64,000 nucleotides of DNA from Lytechinus pictus (Eukaryota): assembly GCF_037042905.1 (NCBI RefSeq), contig NC_087251.1:11162001-11226000 (forward strand). Reading direction: 5' to 3'. Shown here one piece after another: positions 11,501 to 22,198 of the stretch. Below the pieces are notes generated by a model. That model was not told where the DNA came from. It did no database searches and worked only from the letters and a program-made list of their open reading frames with translations. The translations under genes were made by a program, and so were the position numbers. The first letter of the stretch is position 1. Every line of letters begins with the position of its first letter.

Positions 11501-14500
11501 CGATTTTGAATGATGTATTTCTTACCATCATAAAAGACCACAAATAGTAGGGGGACATTTGATATTCTGCCCCCTACTATTTTGAGTAGGGGGGACACGT
11601 CCCCCTGTCCCCCTGGGATTTTCGCTCATTCTAGTATAATACATATATGAATCATTATTTCATGCTCGGTTTTCACCGCTTAAAGGAGAAATATATTGAA
11701 AATCGTAAAAATGGAGAATCATATATCAAATCAAAGGAGAAAATAAGGAGAACACGATGATGTACATCATTTATCATGGAGACCGATGGAACTCAGTTAA
11801 TTGATAGTTTAAAGTTCTCTCTCTGAATGCTTCAAACACGCAGAATTACGTCCGCGAAATTGGGGATTTTTTTATGACGTCACTTTCTGTACGAGAGGCG
11901 TGATTGGCTCTCCCACGTGAAGCTCCACTTGCATGCAAAACCTGTTGCGAGGGTACGTTTTCTCCACATTGTCACTGAATACTTCGATCACGAAATGAAA
12001 GAAACCCCAGAATTTTATCTAGATTTGGATTTTCAAATTGATGATTTTGAAGATGAAGAGAATGATGATGAAATGAACAACAAAGTGACGTAGTTGGAGG
12101 TAAATTGGGGGAATTACGCTGATGATGATGAGTCGGACAATTCAACTTGCAACACGATCACATGCCGATTCGCTACCTAACTCATGCAGCTGCTAAGTGC
12201 TAGCTACACCGCGCGGGCCAAATTGAATTCATGAAAATGAATTACCACACTGTCCAGACAGAGTCTCTTACCTCTGTGACTATGAAGAAGGAAAATAATG
12301 ATAAAACTGTACTTACAAACAAGTGAATGTAATCCGAACCTGAAGGCAACTCAACGAATAGCAGCAGACGATATATGCACCGACGATAAACTTCATGTGG
12401 CTGGGATAGATTGTCACTCGCTCTGTTAGATGTAATTTTTATCTCATTAATTTGACAAAATTACGAAAATCGGGGAATTATTTATCTATATAAAAAAAAA
12501 AGTAACATCTCGTATAATTTTTAAATTACGATAAAACGTTTTTTGAAGGAAAACGTTGAGGTAAATTAAAATTAGATGTAAAAGATCCCCAACATGCGTA
12601 GCTTGATTGAGAGCTGTGCAACACGTGCATAGATCTACTCTCTCAGCCAAGGCGATCAAGCAATACGGCATGTTTGTGATTTTGATTACGATCACATATA
12701 CGAGCTTTTAAAAGGTTTTATTGTAATTTAAAAAATAATACGAGATTTTACTATATTTTTATATAGATAAATAATTCCCCGAGTTTCGTAATTTTGTCAA
12801 ATTAATGAGATAAAAATTACATCTAACAGAACGAGTGACAATCTATCCCAGCCACATGAAGTTTATCGTCGGTGCATATCGTCTGCTGCTATTCGTTGAG
12901 TTGCCTTCAGGTTCGGATTACATTCACTTGTTTGTAAGTACAGTTTTATCATTATTTTCCTTCTTCATAGTCACAGAGGTAAGAGACTCTGTCTGGACAG
13001 TGTGGTAATTCATTTTCATGAATTCAATTTGGCCCGCGCGGTGTAGCTAGCACTTAGCAGCTGCATGAGTTAGGTAGCGAATCGGCATGTGATCGTGTTG
13101 CAAGTTGAATTGTCCGACTCATCATCATCGGCGTAATTCCCCCAATTTACCTCCAACTACGTCACTTTGTTGTTCATTTCATCATCATTCTCTTCATCTT
13201 CAAAATCATCAATTTGAAAATCCAAATCTAGATAAAATTCTGGGTTTTCTTTCATTTCGTGATCGCAGTATTCAGTGACAGTGTGGAGAAAACGTACCCT
13301 CGCAACAGGTTTTGCATGCAAGTGGAGCTTCACGTGGGAGAGCCAATCACGCATCTCGTACAGAAAGTGACGTCATCAAATTCAAGTCAATTCAGAGACC
13401 GATGCGAGGCATATTTCGGAGAGGCATTTTGAGCGTTTTTTAATCGGCGATTTTCACCTTATGTATTATTTTCGTCATTTTTGAATGACCCACTGATAAT
13501 CCCCACATCATTACCTTTCCATTGACATATAATAAGACCACATTCATAATCAATATAGTTCTCCTTTAAAGACATGTTCTACGTACCTCTACAGTGCGTA
13601 TCATAAACAAGTTTACACTTTGAAAAAGCCCTGGGAAATGAAAAATATACATGTGGGAAATTTTTCACATATAATCTTGGGTTTGGGTCTCATCTATCCA
13701 ATGAAAGTAAAAGTTTTGACAGAATGTTACACTTGAGTGAGCACTGTCCATTTTTGTAAAGCTCGCAGAAATCTGTTTGCGCAGAAATGCTCGTTTTCAC
13801 GCTGTGTCAAGGGGAAAGGGGGAAATCAAACTTACCCAGCGAAACATTTCTAAAACATTTCCCTTGCACTTTTAGTCAATTGAAATAAAACGGATACATT
13901 CAAAAACTTTGTAACAATTTTGCCACCCAAATTGAAATTTCAACACTTAGTAGGCACAACCTTTACCTTTTTGTGCCAGTTGGATCTGAGGACATATCTA
14001 AATCTAAAAAAAAAAAGTTTATATCAGACATCTCCAGCATTTTTTCACTAAGTTTTTATCATTTAAAGTGTGTTTACATTTCATTTTTTTTAAAACTTGT
14101 TTCTCCACACTTTTCCAAGCTTGACAATGATTAACAAAATGAAAATCGAGCCTAAGCCATTTTATGTAAATCACAGCTCAGTGTAAAGCAAATATCGTCA
14201 CGATGGCCTCGTTGTGTGGGGGAGTGGGGTGCAATGCACTCTTCGAAGTGTTTTGGGCAAGGAAACAAGTTTTAAAAAGGTAAAAGATATCTTCAAATCA
14301 ATTTTACTAGCTAAATTCCACGTGTTCATCATGATTAAGGTCTACTTTTATTCGCATAACTATTTCAAAGTTCTGCGCAAATAGTTTTTCACTAACTTTT
14401 TAAAAGTAAGTGGTGCTCACTCAAGCGGAAATATTTTTCGACAGTTATATCGTCATTTGCTTAAATGGATCTGTACCAACATTAAAATGTGGAAAAATCT

Positions 14501-17128
14501 CCAGGATATTACAAATGTATAATTTTACAGCATTTTTTATAAGTGTAAACTTTTTTTTTGATACGCACTGTATTGTGCAATCTTTTGGTTAAAGGTATAG
14601 GTTTTTAGTGCGTGTATTCATTCTTTTTATGGCGCTATATGTAAGTTCTCATATATTTTTCTTAGGCCGATGATTATTATTATCACACAAGACCCTTTTA
14701 ACATAAAGAACATTTGATTATTAATTGTGGATCGCCATAGACATACACTGTTTGATTGTGAACAATCAATTATCTTCTATCCATTTTATGCTTCAGGGCC
14801 CGTGATTCGTTGGAATGAATAAAATGTACTTACAGTTGCGCATTTAGGTGCAATACCAATGGGCTGAGGAAGTATTGTGACTTTTCCAACATACGACCAA
14901 CATATTCTATTGAAGAGTCAAAACGGGAGAAGGCAATGTTTGAGTCGTGATTGAGATTATCCTTATCAAAATAATTTGTAATTAATGCGAATGATTTTTA
15001 ACCGGCGCCATCATATCTGTTCAATGAGATAATACCGCCTTTTTTCTCTAACTAAACATATGCACCTTCTATGGCTTAAACGTCCTTAATAAAGTGGGAA
15101 ATTATAATAAATGATAAAATGTTGTAATGACATTGTATGTTATAACAACTATATGTGGCATTCTGGATAAAAAGACGCATATTCTATGATGAAATATTCA
15201 TGATACAACTGTGATCATTGTTAGGTTTCATTCATACAATGCCATTCTCCCACATTGTTTAGATGTGACAATAATGATGAAAATATCATTCATGATTGCC
15301 ATTAAGATGATGATGATGATGATGAAAATGATTATACTACTAACAATATAAGAAGTACACAAAATTATTACAAATAATATTGATTTTAATAATGACAATG
15401 AAAAAAAATGTTGACGATATTATTATCTCTAAAATTATACATCTGTTAGTCTGTCATATCGTAGAATATCATGTTACACAATTGAAAAAGCAGTACTTAC
15501 GTAGGTTTGTTTGATAATTGGAAGGATAGATACTGTTCAGTCGTAGGTGATGGATCAAAAGTCAGGCAAGTGTTACTTTCCCAGTGTTCTATCGCAAGAC
15601 TGATGGCAGCTGAGAAGTTTCCTGAAATTCAACCAAGACATTGTTTAAAAGTGCCTAGACCTCAGTATCACTTTGGTAGACAATCCAAAAAAATTACCTT
15701 GTATTTATATCTTCAATGACAGCTTATATTATGGATAAACTTTATCATTTTCAGAATTTGAATAAAAGCAGTTAGGGATCCATTTGATTATCCATCGATT
15801 TATCAGCATCCAGTCACTAACGATCAAAGTTTTTCTTATCATTTACATGACCCAATACCCATTCTATTCAATAACCCCAAAAAGACATCCAAAATAGCGC
15901 GATCTATATCATTAATTTCCGGCCCTAGATGCGAAGTGTAATCATTTGTAGCGCGAACAGAGAAATCCCTAATTTTATACCATAAGTAGTGTAAACAGTG
16001 AAAATCTACTAATTTGATACCCTTCAACATGGCGTTCTCATCTTAAACATTAATTCAACAATGAACGATTCGAAAAGAGAATCACGAATGCTAGGAAAAA
16101 TGATTTACCTAATTGACAAACCCTACATTGCATGCATGAATGGTATCATCTGCATAACCAAATTTGCAACTATAGCTGGTGTGACGTTTGAGAAATGACT
16201 AACCTCAGTTGCAATTGCCTGCTAATCGTGTTGAAAAGGCGTCCTCCCCCAAATGAATAAATGAATGAATAAATAAATAAGTATTATAATAAATAAATCT
16301 TTAACAAAAGAAATTGACGACGCCCGGGTATAGCAGGTCCTATGGAGAGTGACTACCTTTCCTTTCCCCGGGCTAACATCTCCATCGACGTTTCATAGAC
16401 GCAGCGGACAAGGGAAGAACGTAGCAACTCTGTCCATTATGTTCCGAAAATGACCTGGGTCCCGTAACACAAAGGTTAGCGATTGATCGTACGCTTGATT
16501 TTCACGATTGATTGTACATTGTAGTCAATGCAATCAAACGTAGTAAAATGTTCTACGATCATTGCTAAGTTCTGTGTTACGGGCCCCAGTGCATATTTTT
16601 AATAAGTTGTCCTTAGTCCAAACAGTACGAGTCACAGAATGCGATGACCTAACGGGAACAATCTCGACGCCGCACGGAATATTTATGTGCGCACAATAAA
16701 CTCAGTGGGAACACGATCAACCCAACATGAGCTTAGCACGGACGTGACGAAGACGAAGCATGCATGTGACGATTTTTATTTTTTCGAAAACAACAGAGTT
16801 GGCGCTACGACCTAGGATTTTCTTTTTATCTAAATTTAAAGCCCCCTTTACATCAGATGAAGTCCCCCTACATTGTTGAAATTTAGAAGAAAACCTAGTA
16901 CGCGGCACCACCTTCGTTTGATTTTCCCGAAAAAATGTAAAATTGTAAAGTGCATGCTACGTCCGCGCCACGTCCTTGTTAAGCTCATGTTAGGTGTGCA
17001 TTCAGGGGCGTCGATCCATTTTTCAGATTGGGGGGCAAAATCATGAATCAACTTTCCAAAGGCGCTCGATCACACAAAACAAACAGACTCAAACACACAC
17101 ACATACGCCTATATGTATATATATATAG

Positions 17129-17192
<64 letters not shown>

Positions 17193-17669
17193 CGAAAAAA
17201 TCACAAGACGATTTGACGTTGCTTGGAAGACCACTATTTAATCAAGCTTTCGGCCTTAGGCCTTCTTCATGGGTTCTATAAACAAAAGTGAACGAAACAT
17301 AATCAGTACTACAAAGGGAGGAACAGATGGACATATGGACATATAATACTGATATAATAACATATGTAACATAATCAATGGTACAGAGGGAGGAACAGAT
17401 GAACATATGGACATATAATGTACCATTGATTATGTTACATATGTTATTATATCAGTATTATATGTCCATATGTCCATCTGTTCCTCCCTTTGTAGTACTG
17501 ATTATGTTTCGTTCACTTTTGTTTATAGAACCCATGAAGAAGGCCTAAGGCCGAAAGCTTGATTAAATAGTGGTCTTCCAAGCAACGTCAAATCGTCTTG
17601 TGATTTTTTCGCCTAAGTATTTCGTACAAGACACAGTAGTCATGTTAAAGAGTGGATGCCTGTTTACAT

Positions 17670-17714
<45 letters not shown>

Positions 17715-20700
17715 TCTCACCAACAAATTAAATTTTAAAAAATTTAAAAAATAATAGATGCGAGCACGAAGCGCGAGCTGAAAATTTTGATATTTTGATC
17801 TTAAAAAAAAGAGTTTAATTGACGTTTTTAATAAAGAACAAGAAATATATCCAACAAAAGATTATTGCAAATCGAAGTGGGAGTTCTTTTGAGGTATAGA
17901 ACTGAAAACGGGACATTCTATTCACCTATTCAATCATGAAAAGTATGGGTTTTTGCTACAGAAATGATGCGAGCGCGAAGCGCGAGCTGAAATTTTTTTA
18001 TATTCTAATCTGAAAACCGGACTTTTTTAATACGATTTTTGATAAAGAACGAGTTGTGTATCTCAATCTCGCTTGCTGATTTCTGTGTAACATTACAATC
18101 ATATTTCATTTTTTGCACATGCGGAATTGTTGGGGGGGGGGGGGCAAAACGATATGTTTACCCCCCCCCCCCCAATATTTTCATTGGTGGGGCGGTTGCC
18201 CCCCCCCCCCCATGATCGACGCCTCTGTGTGCATTGTTCCCACTATCACCGCGTTCTCACTTAGCCCAAGCTCGCGGATCAGACTCGCCTCGTGAGTCAG
18301 CCTCGGCTCGTGGGGTCTTCTCCCTCGCATTCACATTTAGCTCAGCTCGCAAAGCAGACTCGCCTTTCGGGTCTCCCCCGCCAATTACCCACAATCCTCC
18401 GCGATAAATATGTAAACAAACTCGACTGGCGCGCGCTTGCCTTGAAAATTAACCACGAATATAACTGCAAAAAATCGAGTGTACTCTGGACGGACTGCGC
18501 TGCGTGCGTAGAAAAACTCGAATAAAGCGCGCGAGATACACCGGATGTTTGCAATCAATTGACGTGTCTCCCCCGGCTCACGGGTCTGATCCTACCTTTT
18601 TGCTGGGGCAAAAAAGGCGAGTCAGACTCGCCTCGCGGGGCTGATAATTTCCGTTCACATTGGGGGAAAAGGGCGAGTTAGACTCGCCTCGCGGGTCTGA
18701 CTCACGAGCTGGGGCTGAGTGAGAACACGGTTCATGTTTATTTTGCGCACAGAAGCGGTCCATGTTGCGTTAAAAGAGATCTAGATATGTTCTGACTACA
18801 TCCTGCATCTCGCGACTTGTACTTTCGTCTCTTTGGCCGTAACGTTTATTGGCAGTACAGTAGACATAGACAGAGTCGTTGCTACGTTCTTTCCGTGTCC
18901 GCTACGTCTATGCTATGTCGATGGAACTGTTAATAGGTCTTTATTGCGTAATTACTATACACATTGTTCTGACGACGCTCCCGCTACGTGGACATTGGAT
19001 ATGTTCAAAGTCTACGTAGCGGAAAATGGGTCTCCGGAGATCATACAGACTATAACGTATAATAGCCATGATAACAGTTCTCGCTATACGCTTTTAGTAC
19101 TCTGAACGGGACTCTGAAGCAGTTCCCTCTGCATCACGACCATTTTCCGGGCCATTTTCGAAAACAACAAATTTGTCCTAGGCATTTTTTCTGAATTTCT
19201 ACGACATAGCGGAAACAATCAGCCATGTCTGCAGTGTAAAGGTACCTTAAAGTGTATTTTTGGTTTATTTGTTAGCTTCGTATATCAGAAGAATCACCTT
19301 TTTGCAACCTTACAATTTCTTACTGATTTCTATTCTCGTATAAATTGATTTACTCACTAGCAGATTCCTCAATTTTGTATGGTATTGTGCCGTTTGGCCA
19401 GAGTTTGCGCCAGTCAGTCACTGCTTTTCTCTTCACTCGTCTTGTCTCTTGTTGGTTTTCCTGTAGGAGATGTTCTTGTTCAGGGGTAAGCTTGATATCT
19501 CCATCTAGATCGCCCGTGGAAGGTTCTTCATCGAGATTCACACGGGGTTCCAACGGATCGGCCACGTCTCGTACCTGGGCAGGGATGAGAACGAATTCAG
19601 ATCCGGGTCGTGTCAGGATTACATCTCTAGTTTTTCGTGAGCCGTGATCGTTGGGTTTCACCATCGGATACAAGTCTGTAACCTAGTGACAAGTGAAAAT
19701 AGTTGCCTTCGAAATGCATGTCTGATTTTAGAGATTATGTAGGCATTTAATATCTTCACATTTCCAGAGCAAGTATATATTAAAAAAATGATAATACTTC
19801 ATAGTATCCAGTATAAACATTCTAAAAGAAAACGTGCAAATCAGAACAAACGATGTACGCCTATCACCTACGTTTGGCATTAGCCACGAAATTCATTATC
19901 AGGACAACCAAACGAAAAAATAGGGGCATGTTGAATCTGAATTATTTTGATCACTCATAGAAAGAGCTTGAACTTACTAAAGTGACAGAGTTTTTGATGA
20001 CATTCAGTCAAAATAATGTCCATTCTGCCCCGGAAAAATAAATATGAACAGTGCTCAATGCAAAAACCAAGGTTAATTTTTTTTAACAACTGCACACCTA
20101 GTTACCAAAAATGCATATAGCATTTCCATTTATTTTAAAACAGGATAAAAGAGAATTGTAGATTAAATGCCTTGCTCACGGGCATAGGTGCCGCGGCCGG
20201 GGAACGAGCCCCGGACTTTCCATGTATAGCCAGGCGCCTTAGACCACTCGGCCACGGCACCCACCATTCGGAGGCATTCGATCAAGCTCGCATGAGTTAA
20301 CATTACAGAGTTTTCACTCCACAACGCACGAGGGATGCAAAAGGAAAGAAAATGTATTGCCAAATACCCTTCATGACAATTGACAAGAAGAAGTCTTTGT
20401 CGAAAATTGGTGAGTCAAAACAGGAATTTCGTCCTGGATCCAGGATAAACGACATAATCATTTGCAATTTTTAATCAGCTCCAAAACTTAAGACGTAACT
20501 GCTGTATCGGATTAACAATTTTCGACAAAGACCTCCCATCTTTTCACTGTCATTTGACTAGCATTCTCAATAGATTTACTGTATTCTTGAATCCGTTCTA
20601 TTCAGTAGCGTACCGTGACTCGGAGGAGACAAAGCATTGGGGGGGGGGGGGGCAAAGCATTGTTCACAGACAATGCACTGCCCCCCCCCCAATGCTTTGT

Positions 20701-21528
20701 CTCCTGCGGTTCACGGTACGCTACTGGTTCTATTGCAATCCAAAACTTTGTCTCCAAAATGTAAACCATAGGTTTATTCATCTGCACATGACGACGCGAC
20801 GCCACTCCACTATGCTCCTTGTCAAGCCCGGTTTTAATTCAATAATTATTTATTTTCTAGAAGATTTTATCAATATCCTTACTATTCAGGCATAATTTTA
20901 CCCTAAAATCCAGACCTTTAGAACATGCGATGGTGCTGTTCGTCACTAGCGAGTTTTTTGTTCAGCAACGCGGAATGAAATCCAACAACACAGCAAGTGC
21001 ATTGAAAACGCAAGTCATATCACAATGAAATCTTTGTCGAGGGTCGGAACAGCATGCAGTTTCGTTCCAGAGCTGACGAAAAATCTGTCGTTTGTCCAGA
21101 GTCACGGACGAAATTCGATTCAACGACCCTCGACAAAGAGTTTATTGTCATGAAGGGCTTTGACACTAGATTATGTACGTTCCAAAAAGCTTCAGCGAAG
21201 TTCTTGCGAAAACTTCCTATTATTTGTTATCTTGAAAAATGTACACCAGTCACACTGGTGGAAGTGACTCCATACCGATCAAATGAATTACGTTATTTCC
21301 AACGGCATACCACCGGTCAGTTTACAGTCATTTTAGTTGGTGTGTGTGTAGGATAAGTCATTACTCTGACCTTTGAAAAAAATGAAGATAATTTGATTTT
21401 TATCTGGACCAGTGCATTAACCCCTATGATATACCATGCTTGATACTCACGTCATCATCAGATAATGGTCTTCCGTTCACTGACGAAATCAAGAGAGAAA
21501 AGACCACGAGAGCAGCAACTTTCAGCAT
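1980..21528 (-). CDS. Gene A: secreted astacin-family (BP10/SpAN-like) metalloprotease, 10 coding exons, 1310 aa (SP-pro-astacin-EGF-CUB-mucin repeat-CUB-CUB-NG tail)
   Basis: Exons 21528-21451, 19682-19358, 15621-15501, 14906-14834, 11190-10990, 7463-7214, 6808-6708, 5945-4057, 3502-3164, 2535-1980. All introns are GT-AG, phases 0,1,2,0,0,1,0,2,2, total 3933 nt in frame. Zinc motif [19 protein letters not shown], Met-turn SIMHY, propeptide LDGDI, furin site RVKR. Confidence 0.93.
3164..3502 (-). CDS. Gene A exon 9: end of CUB2 and start of CUB3
   Basis: LCGNKQP...GFSASY...ITSPKWP...; symmetric phase 2-2 exon, 339 nt. Confidence 0.92.
4057..5945 (-). CDS. Gene A exon 8: rest of CUB1, Thr/Ser/Pro repeat region, N-terminal part of CUB2
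   Basis: ORF 4053..5984; CUB motifs CIWDYV, FCGS, SPNYPRKY, CPFD; cag/gtaagt. Confidence 0.93.
4420..5600 (-). repeat. Coding minisatellite, 45-48 bp unit (TTSERPTEPATTTARV-like), mucin-like
   Basis: About 20 units of gctggttctgttggacgttcactggtggtgacacgagcagttgtggta on the plus strand; more degenerate at both ends. Confidence 0.95.
6708..6808 (-). CDS. Gene A exon 7: N-terminal part of CUB1
   Basis: PCEFEMTSNSGMIQSPNFGIGNYPLDTICIYHIK; cag/gtatga. Confidence 0.9.
7214..7463 (-). CDS. Gene A exon 6: end of astacin domain plus EGF-like domain
   Basis: SYAIDRTIPTI...IGQRKALSFRDVQAANMIYNCSVGCPSLTCYNEGFVGPDCTCVCPEKFTGTHC. Confidence 0.93.
8488..10966 (+). mobile_element. PIF/Harbinger DNA transposon (defective) in intron 5 of gene A
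   Basis: 17-bp perfect inverted repeat aagttcacaccaacggc at both ends; subterminal gctctgata/gctttgat repeats at both ends; DDE transposase inside. TSD not cleanly resolved. Confidence 0.88.
8933..10275 (+). pseudogene. Harbinger DDE transposase (HARBI1/DDE_Tnp_4-like), frameshifted
   Basis: Motifs KLAITLRHLATG, IGALDGKHI, GKGHMSDSQIF in ORF 8933..9862 continue as YFILGDDAFAL and RRVVENALGIMANRFR in ORF 9757..10275. Apparent 1-nt deletion near 9800. Confidence 0.88.
10990..11190 (-). CDS. Gene A exon 5: zinc-binding motif and Met-turn
   Basis: [26 protein letters not shown]...PYDYESIMHYSPY; aag/gtaagt. Confidence 0.95.
11320..11630. mobile_element. hAT-type MITE
   Basis: Starts caggggcggaaatc, degenerate right TIR; 8-bp TSD ctagtata (11312-19, 11631-38). 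Confidence 0.7.
11684..13565. mobile_element. TTAA-flanked (Kolobok-like) non-autonomous element with ~670-bp internal inverted arms
   Basis: TTAA|aggagaaatatattga ... tcaatatagttctcct|TTAA; internal arms 11874-12545 and 12709-13376 are near-perfect reverse complements. Confidence 0.75.
13592..14570. mobile_element. Tc1/mariner-type MITE, copy 1
   Basis: TA|cagtgcgtatca...aagtttacactt TIRs|TA; reverse-complement copy at 29211-30195. Confidence 0.88.
14834..14906 (-). CDS. Gene A exon 4: astacin domain
   Basis: ICWSYVGKVTILPQPIGIAPKCAT; tag/gtaagt, phase 2->0. Confidence 0.9.
15501..15621 (-). CDS. Gene A exon 3: astacin domain
   Basis: RNFSAAISLAIEHWESNTCLTFDP...; cag/gtaagt, phase 1->2. 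Confidence 0.9.
16457..16586. mobile_element. Small MITE (Harbinger-like gggccc termini)
   Basis: gggtcccgtaacacaaaggttagc / gctaagttctgtgttacgggccc inverted ends. Confidence 0.6.
16720..16994. mobile_element. MITE-like element with long imperfect inverted ends
   Basis: aacatgagcttagcacggacgtg... vs ...cacgtccttgttaagctcatgtt. Confidence 0.55.
17003..18227. mobile_element. hAT-type MITE hosting a palindromic insertion
   Basis: TIR caggggcgtcgatc / gatcgacgcctctg; 8-bp TSD tgtgcatt. Confidence 0.85.
17189..17615. repeat. Perfect 197-bp inverted repeat (Penelope-like terminal fold-back) inside (TA)n
   Basis: Arms 17189-17385 and 17419-17615; 33-bp spacer; motif TGAAGAAGGCCTAAGGCCGAAAGCTT in each arm. 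Confidence 0.85.
18248..18731. mobile_element. MITE (Harbinger-like) with internal agactcgcctcg repeats
   Basis: accgcgttctcacttagcccaagctcg / cgagctggggctgagtgagaacacggt. Confidence 0.65.
19358..19682 (-). CDS. Gene A exon 2: propeptide and start of astacin domain
   Basis: ...LDGDIKLTPEQ...RRVKRKAVTDWRKLWPNGTIPY; tag acceptor, gtgagt donor. Confidence 0.92.
20162..20261 (-). mobile_element. tRNA-derived SINE, 5' part
   Basis: ggtgccgtggccgagtggtctaaggcg (A box) ... gggctcgttccccg (degenerate B box) ... gcccgtgagcaaggcatttaa. Confidence 0.7.
20367..21157. mobile_element. Non-autonomous TIR element (cccttcatgacaat termini); related fragments near 8236-8420 and 28350-28580
   Basis: 14-bp perfect TIR; shared internal motifs aagtctttgtcgaaaattgg / ttcgtcctg...ctgga...aacgac. 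Confidence 0.65.
20603..20726. mobile_element. 124-bp almost fully palindromic hAT MITE nested in the previous element
   Basis: cagtagcgtaccgtga / tcacggtacgctactg; 8-bp TSD gttctatt. Confidence 0.85.
21451..21528 (-). CDS. Gene A exon 1: signal peptide
   Basis: MLKVAALVVFSLLISSVNGRPLSDDD followed by gtgagt donor; hydrophobic core. Confidence 0.85.
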
Positions 21529-21814
21529 CGCTTTGTGTGTATGTAACATCGACTCTGCCATCGTTCACCCGGTCTACCTCCCGGTCGGTTTCTCCTAGAA
21601 TGACAGTTTTCCGAGCTTTAATCCGTTTTTGTACTGTTGATTTCTAACTTGCTCCAGACAGAATTTCGAAATGATACAAAACACCTGTAACAACAGATGT
21701 CTGGGCAAATAAAGTTTGTATGCTGATAATGTTTGATAATTAGAGAAGATTTCTATTAGTTAGACCCCGTTTAATTAAACAAGTTTTATTCTTACAAACA
21801 TAAGGATCGATATT

Positions 21815-21824
21815 TATTTATATA
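21815..21824 (-). promoter_or_regulatory. Candidate TATA box of gene A
   Basis: TATATAAATA on the minus strand about 290 nt upstream of the ATG; AT-rich background. Confidence 0.25.
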
Positions 21825-22125
21825 CGAATTGGTTTTAATTAGAAATATATGTCGCAATTAAATAAATCCAGTTCTCCACGGAAAGAAAATCTTAAACGAA
21901 AAAATTAATCGTTGTACATAATTTAAATGAAAATGTGCGGGAGCGCGCGTGCGGTGCGTGAATGACTACAATTTTAAATTGTTTTGTTTTTTAATCATTT
22001 GAATTTCTCAATGACAATAAAAAAATGAAAATGGTGTGTAAGAGGGACAATCTACTTCTTTGTATCTTCTAAAATATCCCGCATTGTTCATGTTTATTCC
22101 TGAATTAGAATCCTCTTATCAAAGG

Positions 22126-22127
<2 letters not shown>

Positions 22128-22162
<35 letters not shown>

Positions 22163-22198
22163 GTGTGTGTGAGGGTGTGTGCGTGTGCGCGGGTGTGC
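22128..22198. repeat. (GT)n microsatellite in the intergenic region
   Basis: Directly visible. Confidence 0.9.
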
